Virus record (IMG/VR): IMGVR_UViG_3300027833_000011
Source: a virus
Lineage: Duplodnaviria > Caudoviricetes
Strand: one strand, 5' to 3'
Length of the DNA stretch: 64,000 nt
The notes under the pieces were generated by a model. That model was not told the DNA's origin. It searched no databases and saw only the letters and a program-made list of their open reading frames with translations. Made by a program: the position numbers and the translations under genes. Every line of letters begins with the position of its first letter. The first letter of the stretch is position 1. This document shows, in pieces, positions 57,501 to 64,000 of this stretch.

Positions 57501-60500
57501 AGGATTTAAAGATGGTGAGTTTTGTTATGATTGTCATAACGAGATAAAGTTAATAACCAATAGTTACTGTGGAGAATGTTTCGATATAGATTCGTTAGAA
57601 ATAGGGATGAAAGTTATTATTAATGAGGGTGAAGGACAAGATGACTGTAAAGACAGATGTTTTGTGTTGGAGAACATTCCGTTTAGTATTGACCAAAGTC
57701 AGTTCGGAGGTGTTCACTATGACGTAAATTACCCTGACCATCATATAGATAGTTTAGACCCGAGGGGTACTGTATTTTTAACTGAAAAGTTTGAAGTTGT
57801 TAAATGTGTGGACTACGATAAAGTATATCATGGGACGTATCAGTATGTCGGTGGGTTAGACACAATAGACAGGTTTCCAGTGTATAAACACATAACTGAA
57901 GACATTTATCTTTCGTGTTATCCTGACGCACCTGAATCGGTTAATGGAGACTTTATGTTTACTGAAGGACCTAAAGGGTCGTCCACTCAAATATATGGTA
58001 AATTATCGGATAAAAACTTATTAGATTTCACAAACGTATTCACACATTCGTTAGAGTGGGAAATTGACGACTGTATAACAGTTGATGATTTAGAAGAAGA
58101 CCAAAATGTTATCAGACACCGTTATGCTACGGGTGATAGTATTGGTATTTGTGATAGAGTTAATGATGATGGTTTTGATTATGTAAAAATATGGTTACAT
58201 GGTGGGACTTTTGAGGCTCAAGACGGTACCACATTACCTTATGATATGTTCTTTGATTGTAAAGAAAGTTTAGTTGAAGGTGAGACTATATGGTATGACG
58301 AAGCGGGAGATGTTTTTATTGTTAAGATTAAATCAGGTGAGAATAGGTTGATACATGCTTATGACCAATCGGGTGCTCCAATACACATATATTTAAAAGA
58401 CAGAAACACCGTGTTGGTGGGTCTTGATTTTGAAACGGATTTAGAAACTATCGACGAATATGGTGGTTACGGTCAGTATGGTGGTTACGGTCAGTATGGT
58501 GGTTACGGAGGATACGGTGACTATACATCTTACGGTGGTTACGGTCAGTATGGTGGTTACGGAGGATATGGAGGATATTTCTGTTATGGAAATGAATATC
58601 TGTTTTATTCAAATATAAACCCTTACTGTGTTGGTAGACTTGATTATGAGATAAGACCTGAGTGTCAAGGTTATTTAACCGATACTGAATTTTATAGGGT
58701 TAAAGGAGAAACAATACCATACGAAATAACTATTGATGAGGTAATTGTCGGTGAAAATGTTGAAACAGTTAGGGTTCAGGATATTAATGTCGGTGATTTA
58801 ATTATCGCTGCGAGTCCTAATTACGGAGAAATGGATTTCTGTGATTACTCGGAGTTTCAATATGGAAATGAAGGTATTGTGTGTAATTACACAAAAAACA
58901 TTAAAATGGTTCCTGTGATGAGTACATCATGTGGAAGAATATACAAATACATTAATATTAATGAAGGTAGGGTTAAAGTAGAATTCCATCATAATATTTT
59001 GGTGTTAGAGGATTTAAACAAAACGAATTCGAACGACTTATTAACAACGTGTTATACTGAAGCACCTACAAAACCAATTGGAACGATTTATAACTTAGAC
59101 GGGACACCATCACAGGTGTTTTACGATAATGAATATCAGATAATCTCTAAACCGGCTAATGAGATTGGTATTGGTGACTATATAATTACCACGAATGAAT
59201 GTGGGGTTATTGAAGTGAAGAGTTTGGTTTATGACGATTACTGTGATGAGAATTTATTTAACGACAAGTATCAGATTAAGTTTGATGAAGATATGTTCGC
59301 TTGGTATAGACCTAAAGATGGGTACGATACGATATACATCAACGACAAATGTGTTCCTTATTGTGAGTTAATATGTTGTGATGAAATAGAAATGTGTATT
59401 GACGACATAACTATTAGTGGTGTTTGTATTGACGATATAAGTTACGTTATTGGTGATATACCAACAACAACGACAACGACTACAACCGATTTACAGTGTC
59501 TGTGTATAACATTTACACATATGTCAGGTGGTGGACCGGCATTTACTGGTTATTATGACGATTGCGATGGTATTCAAAGAGAGATAATGGTTTTAGACGC
59601 ACAAACTAAAAGAGTTTGTGGTAGTGGGTTAAACATATCAACCAATCATGATAAGTTGTTTTACACGATTGGTGAAGAGTGTGACACTGATAGAAAGTGT
59701 CCAACTGTTGATGAAACAACAACTACTAGTACGACAAAAGAGCCGACAACGACTACTAGTACAACAAAAGAACCAACAACGACTACTAGTACGACAAAAG
59801 AACCAACAACGACTACTAGTACTACAGAAGAACCAACAACAACTACTAGTACGACAAAAGAGCCGACAACGACTACTTCAACGACTGAAGAGCCAACAAC
59901 AACTACTTCTACTACAAAAGAACCGACAACAACTACTAGTACGACAAAAGAGCCAACAACAACTACTTCTACAACAAAAGAGCCGACAACGACTACTTCA
60001 ACGACTGAAGAGCCAACAACGACTACTTCTACGACTGAAGAGCCAACAACGACTACTAGTACAACAAAAGAGCCGACAACAACTACTAGTACAACAAAAG
60101 AACCAACAACGACTACTTCTACGACTGAGGGTGATTTAATGTGTGTGTGTATAGAGTTTACACATATTTCCTCGGGTGGGTCGTCCTACATTGGTTATTA
60201 TGACGATTGTGATGGTATACCTAGAGAGGTGGTTGTAAGACCGTTAGATAGTGAAAAAGTTTGTGGTAGTGGATTGAATATATCAACCAACAATGGTAAG
60301 TTAACATATACGATTGGTGAAGAATGTGATGAAAATAGAAAATGTCCAACTGTTGATGAAACAACAACGACGAGTTTTAGAGAACCTGATGACCCAACAA
60401 CGACTACTTCTACTACAGAAGAGCCGACAACGACTACCTCAACCACTATGGGTGGAGATGGTTCGGGTCCTATTACAACGACAACAACTAGTGGAAATAA

Positions 60501-60864
60501 TGAAACAACTTATTGTGTTAATTTTGATTGGTTAGGTTCACAAGTAATCCCTCAATCGTCAGGAAAGGCATATGCTGATAGTACAACAGTTAGTCAAATA
60601 ACTGAATTCTATTTATATGATGTTGGTTGTGGAAATGGTGATTTTGATGCGTTAGCAAACGTATTAACTACGGGTTATGGTCTTGCGGTTAGTAGGGCTG
60701 GTTCGACGGCTAATTTTACTCTTAATTCATTAACAGAAAATAGTTATAATAATTATTGGACTTTAGGTGTTACGTATAACTCAGGAACAGTAACACAGGC
60801 ACCTAATGGATTACCATGTCACCAACCGAATAGTTTCTGTTTTACACAACCGATACTGAGTTAA
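54538..60864 (+). CDS. Baseplate wedge gp7 / P2 gpI-like protein fused to a long distal region (YGG repeat, Hint-like domain, mucin-like repeats, duplicated Cys domain)
   Basis: NNVPDLLLKNLAGLLG...IILNSAYLFKSKGTRKPLRFLLSFIG is the gp7/gpI motif; Cys-rich distal part. Confidence 0.7.
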   Translation: MANIRFPSNGSGTFSDGLVGGQNTEGNDFTQKNFSEEGTPVVRDTKSFTTSDFSKPISLEDLNSEESIKEVSKLFDQSLKIKFNTEKGSKDLFGSAFLRAKVAVENIANTFPASLRVFKTTTDAQTVDTAYDVVNNLQFNTTTFKIPLRAIRNPLGIEYSNIGLKVFDGQYDTDRNFAKEFTKYVLLFSGVEYKIKKVLLPENRYNGELSITVHGKPFTGPTQEEFYIKLNDILFEKKFELMDDFEQLLLDRENVPLYEAKFKVPKETSDGKLYFGDEKIKWELSDDFNIVVEGNKFERYLEKLFETCEVIDNYKSNLIARFLSTASLQEFDTEGQKVKKIFQLYGRFFDDVKKFIDNIAYMNNVTYDKINNVPDLLLKNLAGLLGLDVITSITDRNIEEYLYKKKDSQFDGLTKGKTPFETDIEIYRRIILNSAYLFKSKGTRKPLRFLLSFIGAPESFVEINEYVYKVINRIDYDKFSEKLDNVIDGEWFESDVDFKTIKVWSEIKEEWLDKSDFQKKYPNVEIDVLGYLENGQLPDGENHGDAYILDKELISVEVQKSGGVYNVDDYPIERVGTSDNSIPKTPTITNDYFFQKGAGWFERTDSHKSVSVLDEERSDLTTSPKTIKTKFEDFTYGEKFYDRYKNFPNFDDGWELKADIDNKKSDSDTNKFILNRKNVDIFLNPGRAVLFDFVRTYQKHSLSYSGVLLNNLTFAQFSEYGFWNGVEVGKGKYGKKYWDLIELFKEYYESGLGKAYDYDLTYAYLNKISTYWIRLVEQFIPATTLWFTGEKVENHNLHRPKFNWEEPCRNDVMSLDLSLAKTLYETLIDSLKKYKNIPDCYERLYRYGNWYLQVKINDKIYQIGGKDWTHFFTSTESDNMGSCNLDNAQPGNPNTCPQYDNPIYMLCDFETYITCYPDECKDFVTTIVQMLSQISKDIYRDEIADKVSDCDFLCDGDDGLTYVADTVFGSTIKTTSSEVEGLSAFEIEGFKDGEFCYDCHNEIKLITNSYCGECFDIDSLEIGMKVIINEGEGQDDCKDRCFVLENIPFSIDQSQFGGVHYDVNYPDHHIDSLDPRGTVFLTEKFEVVKCVDYDKVYHGTYQYVGGLDTIDRFPVYKHITEDIYLSCYPDAPESVNGDFMFTEGPKGSSTQIYGKLSDKNLLDFTNVFTHSLEWEIDDCITVDDLEEDQNVIRHRYATGDSIGICDRVNDDGFDYVKIWLHGGTFEAQDGTTLPYDMFFDCKESLVEGETIWYDEAGDVFIVKIKSGENRLIHAYDQSGAPIHIYLKDRNTVLVGLDFETDLETIDEYGGYGQYGGYGQYGGYGGYGDYTSYGGYGQYGGYGGYGGYFCYGNEYLFYSNINPYCVGRLDYEIRPECQGYLTDTEFYRVKGETIPYEITIDEVIVGENVETVRVQDINVGDLIIAASPNYGEMDFCDYSEFQYGNEGIVCNYTKNIKMVPVMSTSCGRIYKYININEGRVKVEFHHNILVLEDLNKTNSNDLLTTCYTEAPTKPIGTIYNLDGTPSQVFYDNEYQIISKPANEIGIGDYIITTNECGVIEVKSLVYDDYCDENLFNDKYQIKFDEDMFAWYRPKDGYDTIYINDKCVPYCELICCDEIEMCIDDITISGVCIDDISYVIGDIPTTTTTTTTDLQCLCITFTHMSGGGPAFTGYYDDCDGIQREIMVLDAQTKRVCGSGLNISTNHDKLFYTIGEECDTDRKCPTVDETTTTSTTKEPTTTTSTTKEPTTTTSTTKEPTTTTSTTEEPTTTTSTTKEPTTTTSTTEEPTTTTSTTKEPTTTTSTTKEPTTTTSTTKEPTTTTSTTEEPTTTTSTTEEPTTTTSTTKEPTTTTSTTKEPTTTTSTTEGDLMCVCIEFTHISSGGSSYIGYYDDCDGIPREVVVRPLDSEKVCGSGLNISTNNGKLTYTIGEECDENRKCPTVDETTTTSFREPDDPTTTTSTTEEPTTTTSTTMGGDGSGPITTTTTSGNNETTYCVNFDWLGSQVIPQSSGKAYADSTTVSQITEFYLYDVGCGNGDFDALANVLTTGYGLAVSRAGSTANFTLNSLTENSYNNYWTLGVTYNSGTVTQAPNGLPCHQPNSFCFTQPILS
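58459..58578 (+). repeat. Tyr-Gly-Gly low-complexity repeat
   Basis: YGGYGQYGGYGQYGGYGGYGDYTSYGGYGQYGGYGGYGGY; DNA unit tatggtggttacggtcag. Confidence 0.95.
59488..60360 (+). repeat. Duplicated 76-aa Cys-rich domain (59488-59715 and 60133-60360) flanking the Thr array
   Basis: DLxCxCIxFTH...GYYDDCDGI.RE...VCGSGLNISTN...TIGEECD..RKCPTVDE in both copies. Confidence 0.95.
59716..60135 (+). repeat. 14 x 30-nt in-frame tandem repeat encoding TTTTSTT(K/E)EP
   Basis: Counted directly; the last unit ends in EGD. Confidence 0.97.
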
Positions 60865-60909
60865 ACAAAAAAAATGGGATAATTAGTAAAAGATTAAAAA
60901 AAATAAATG

Positions 60910-60916
60910 TATTTAT
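60910..60916 (+). promoter_or_regulatory. Putative late-gene motif TATTTAT (mucin-like genes and glycosyltransferase)
   Basis: Upstream of ATG 60930. Confidence 0.6.
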
Positions 60917-60929
60917 ATAATAAAAGAAA

Positions 60930-61844
60930 ATGGGAAATATTAATAACGATAGTAATAGGGTAGCAACGGACACACCAGATACGACGACAACCACTACTAC
61001 AGGTGGGGTTTCGGTTACATTTAGTAGTCTTAGTAATGGGCCGTGTAATTTAACGTTTACGCCCGATTGTGGTGGAACACCAGCACAAAACCAAAATCAA
61101 AGATTAGCGACGGATACACCTGATGCGACTACCACGACCACACAACCTGGTGAGGTCACAATACCAGGTATTAATTTCCCTTATACTTTTTACCCTTTAG
61201 AACATGGAGTTGATGATATTTTTGGGACTTATACGTTTAATTGTGGTGGTTGTGAATATATAAGGAACATAGAGAGAGTGTGTAACGATAATGATATATC
61301 ATATACAGTATTAGGTTCTTCTATTACCACAACAACAACTGAAGATGTAACAACTACGACCACTACTGAAGACGTAACTACGACCACTACGACAGAGGAC
61401 GTAACAACGACCACTACGACAGAGGACGTAACAACGACAACTACGACAGAGGATGTAACAACGACAACGACAAGTGAAATACCGACTACTCGTTTCTATA
61501 TTTCAACTGGAAAACAAGTTCCTGGAGTGTTTGATGAAGGAACAAATACGGGTACCGGTTTCTGTGACAATACATATTTATTATCTGGGGCTCTTTGGGT
61601 GGAAGGTAATTTAACAATAATTTCACAGTTACTTACTAAAACAGTATACACCAATAGTGATATGGATACTTTCATACCTGTCGGATGGTATTATGTAAAT
61701 GAACAACCAGGTTATCCTAATGGTACATATGCTGGCGCAGTACCAGGTTTGTCACACAAAATTATAAGGGTAGATGAAGACGGTATTGTTGGAACTATTC
61801 AGAATCATGACTGTGGAGAACAAGGAGGAGGACAAGAACTTTAA
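60930..61844 (+). CDS. Thr-rich mucin-like protein 1 (probably virion-associated)
   Basis: RVATDTPDTTTTTT twice, (TTTTTTEDV)n, and Cys motifs CNLTFTP and TYTFNCGGC. Confidence 0.75.
   Translation: MGNINNDSNRVATDTPDTTTTTTTGGVSVTFSSLSNGPCNLTFTPDCGGTPAQNQNQRLATDTPDATTTTTQPGEVTIPGINFPYTFYPLEHGVDDIFGTYTFNCGGCEYIRNIERVCNDNDISYTVLGSSITTTTTEDVTTTTTTEDVTTTTTTEDVTTTTTTEDVTTTTTTEDVTTTTTSEIPTTRFYISTGKQVPGVFDEGTNTGTGFCDNTYLLSGALWVEGNLTIISQLLTKTVYTNSDMDTFIPVGWYYVNEQPGYPNGTYAGAVPGLSHKIIRVDEDGIVGTIQNHDCGEQGGGQEL
61326..61472 (+). repeat. 27-nt tandem repeat encoding TTTTTTEDV (about 5 copies)
   Basis: Seen directly in the sequence. Confidence 0.95.
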
Positions 61845-61864
61845 AAATATAAAAAATACAAGAT

Positions 61865-63133
61865 ATGTCTAATATAAACGAAAAAGAAAATAATGACGGT
61901 AGTATCAATACTACTGCAGTTGATAGTAATGGTAATGGTGATTTAGTTGCTACTGATACTACCACAGTACAACCGTCAACTCAAACGGTTAGGTTTGAAC
62001 GAATAAGTAATGGTACTTGTGACTTAACATTTACCCCAACTCCGACAACGACAACGTCTACGACTAATAATACGTCTAAGGTTGCTACGGATACGACTGA
62101 TACGACAACTACACAACCTAACAATGTTAGTATTACCAACGTGTCTTTTCCTTATGTTTTTGACCCTTCAGAATATGGGTTTAATAGTGTAAATGGGACG
62201 TATACGTTTGATTGTTGTGGATGTCCTTATGTGTTTGTTATTGATGGTGAAGATGTAACAACTACAACCACTACTAAAGACGTAACAACTACAACCACTA
62301 CTAAAGACGTAACAACTACAACCACTACTGAAGACGTAACTACGACCACTACGACAGAGGACGTAACAACAACAACCACTACTGAAGTGTGTGATATTTG
62401 TACTACGGTAAGGGTTCGTAAAGCAAATGTAAAAGCACTTACTCCTGTTACTTTCAATTATATAGATTGTGATAATGTAAGTCAGACTGCTACACTTACA
62501 AGGTTAGCATCTACCGTAGATTTATGTGTGTGTTCAGGTAGTATACCAAGTAGTGATGATTATAGTATTGAGTTTATCGAGATATGTACAACAGGATTAC
62601 CGGTATTAACATGTGACTTATTAGGATTCACAGTTAATAATGGTGAGAGTGGTGATTTAGTTACCTTTAACAATGGAAGCGGATTATCAATACCGGTTTC
62701 AGTGTTCCCTACTCAATATGTTATGGGTGTAGGAACCTATACTCTTACTGTTACAGTACCGAGTGGTTATTCCAATGAGGGTGCTACTTTAGAATGTGTT
62801 AATGACGAAGTTATTGTGACTTCAAGTGGTGGTGATACTACGACAACATCGACAGGTTCAAGCGAAGCGTTTTGTGCTAAGATAACATATGGACCTGACA
62901 GTCCCGATAAACTACAAACGTCACTTGGTGGTGAGATACATGAATTTCTAATCTCGCAGCAGCTAGTATTTCTAGATTCAGACGGTGGTGGATACTTTAA
63001 CAAATGTACTGACACGGGGACGTTCTTAGTGGTAGAAGGGAATAGTCCAAGAGTTATTTCGGAGATTGATGATATTGATGTTACGTATAACACTGAGGAT
63101 AGGTGTGTTGGTGAGCAAGATTGTACTAGATAA
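61865..63133 (+). CDS. Thr-rich mucin-like protein 2, paralog of 60930-61844
   Basis: Shares VATDT, CDLTFTP, FPY.F.P.E.G, TYTFDCCGC and the TTTTTT(K/E)DV array. Confidence 0.75.
   Translation: MSNINEKENNDGSINTTAVDSNGNGDLVATDTTTVQPSTQTVRFERISNGTCDLTFTPTPTTTTSTTNNTSKVATDTTDTTTTQPNNVSITNVSFPYVFDPSEYGFNSVNGTYTFDCCGCPYVFVIDGEDVTTTTTTKDVTTTTTTKDVTTTTTTEDVTTTTTTEDVTTTTTTEVCDICTTVRVRKANVKALTPVTFNYIDCDNVSQTATLTRLASTVDLCVCSGSIPSSDDYSIEFIEICTTGLPVLTCDLLGFTVNNGESGDLVTFNNGSGLSIPVSVFPTQYVMGVGTYTLTVTVPSGYSNEGATLECVNDEVIVTSSGGDTTTTSTGSSEAFCAKITYGPDSPDKLQTSLGGEIHEFLISQQLVFLDSDGGGYFNKCTDTGTFLVVEGNSPRVISEIDDIDVTYNTEDRCVGEQDCTR
62249..62386 (+). repeat. 27-nt tandem repeat encoding (E/K)DVTTTTTT (5 copies)
   Basis: Seen directly in the sequence. 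Confidence 0.95.
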
Positions 63134-63161
63134 TAATTAAAATATAAATAAAAAATAATAT

Positions 63162-64000
63162 ATGGTGACCATATGTTCACAACCCGATAACATATATTTT
63201 CATTGGCAAAACCTAATACAATTCTATAACTTTAAAAAGTTAGGTATCTTAAAAAACCATAGGGCGGTATTCTTAGTTAGTCAAGGAAAATCTCCTTCTA
63301 AGTTTGTTTTAGAATTTAAAAAACAATATCCTAAAAACGTTTTCATATATATGGACGATAGGGTACAAAAACACTACATCCCAACAATTAAAATACACGG
63401 GGTTGTTAAGTACTTAACGACTGACAGAAAACAACAAGATTTAATGTTGATAGATTCGGACATTATTCTTAACGAAAAAATCGATTATAGTAAATTCACT
63501 GAAAATAATACGGTATATTGTAGTAATACAAAAGGGTATTTAGGTTATCAATATCTAAAGACTAAGGGGGATGAAATCGTTACAGATATGTGTCACTTTA
63601 TGGGTATTACATTGGACGATGTAAAAGACCAAAATAATAATTCAGGTGGTGCTCAATTATATTATAAAGGAGTTGATGGGTTATTAGAGTATTTTAAAGA
63701 GGTTGAGGACAAAGCGCCTAAATTATATAATTTGATGGTTAAACATCCAACGTATAACGATTATAAACCAACAATACAGGCTTGGACATCAGAGATGTGG
63801 GCGGTGTTATGGTTACTGTGGAAACGAGACGTTAAAACTGAAATACATTCCGAATTAGATTTCAGATGGGCCACTGATGATATTTCTTTATGGAAGACAA
63901 ATAAGATACTACATATGGCTGGTGTAACCGCAGGTATGAAAGACGTTTTCTTTAAGGGTGGTTTTATCACAAAACCCCCATTTAACACCAATTTTGATTA
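63162..64000 (+). CDS. GT-A glycosyltransferase resembling peptide O-glycosyltransferases (HPAT/SERGT1-like); partial, runs off the right edge; not in the ORF track
   Basis: Manual translation is open for 279 codons: MVTICSQPDNIYFHWQNLIQFYNF...LMLIDSDIIL (DxD, 63453-63461)...SGGAQ...AWTSEMWAVLW (63783-63800)...ILHMAGV. Confidence 0.75.
   Translation, partial: MVTICSQPDNIYFHWQNLIQFYNFKKLGILKNHRAVFLVSQGKSPSKFVLEFKKQYPKNVFIYMDDRVQKHYIPTIKIHGVVKYLTTDRKQQDLMLIDSDIILNEKIDYSKFTENNTVYCSNTKGYLGYQYLKTKGDEIVTDMCHFMGITLDDVKDQNNNSGGAQLYYKGVDGLLEYFKEVEDKAPKLYNLMVKHPTYNDYKPTIQAWTSEMWAVLWLLWKRDVKTEIHSELDFRWATDDISLWKTNKILHMAGVTAGMKDVFFKGGFITKPPFNTNFD

Noticed and set aside
59488-60360. Duplicated 228-nt segment as a DGR template/variable repeat pair
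   Set aside because: Differences involve all four bases rather than only adenines, both copies are coding, and no reverse transcriptase is in the window.
59716-62386. Tandem 27-30 nt repeats as a CRISPR array
   Set aside because: Units are contiguous with no unique spacers, stay in frame, vary at wobble positions, and no cas genes are present.
1912-63991. Many short antisense or overlapping ORFs in the track (e.g. 3692-4060, 6503-6784, 19075-19440, 29088-29552, 59648-60139, 62767-63180, 63761-63991)
   Set aside because: They are shadows of long real genes with no family motifs; 59648-60139 is only the repeat read in another frame.
1-64000. Stop-codon reassignment as seen in some jumbo phages
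   Set aside because: Core genes are full length in the standard code, and TAA, TAG and TGA all end genes at sensible places.
1-64000. tRNA, rRNA or integrase/mobile-element genes
   Set aside because: Intergenic gaps are short and show no cloverleaf or T-loop signature; no recombinase or transposase motifs. Not confirmed with tRNAscan-SE.

Overview
This window is a 64 kb piece of a large, AT-rich, tailed dsDNA phage: a T4-like contractile-tail (jumbo-type) myovirus read in the standard genetic code. It holds neck and tail genes (gp13/gp14/gp15-like, sheath, tube, assembly chaperone, tape measure) and baseplate hub and wedge genes (tube initiator, LysM/gp53, gp27-like hub, gp25, gp6, gp7-like). 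These are interleaved with a replication set: family B DNA polymerase, SNF2 helicase, gp32-like SSB, RecA/UvsX, 5'-3' exonuclease, DnaB-like helicase and class Ia nrdB/nrdA. Promoters matching the Bacteroidota TTTG-N19/20-TAnnTTTG consensus precede pol, an early gene and (as a variant) ssb, pointing to a Bacteroidota host. A separate TATTTAT motif precedes most structural genes. The strongest candidate for a new system is at the right end. Three consecutive tail-cluster genes carry long mucin-like Thr-rich tandem repeats and are followed directly by a GT-A glycosyltransferase. That ORF is absent from the supplied track because it runs off the window. Its motifs resemble plant peptide O-glycosyltransferases (HPAT/SERGT1 type), which suggests the phage O-glycosylates its own virion. 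Other points: a probable +1/-2 frameshift in the tail chaperone, an OmpA-like domain inside a baseplate protein, a degenerate Hint domain and a YGG repeat in the wedge protein, a stand-alone paralog of the SNF2 N-terminus, an unannotated RHH-like regulator next to a palindrome, and an orphan nucleotidyltransferase. All family assignments come from motif recognition by eye; no searches were run.
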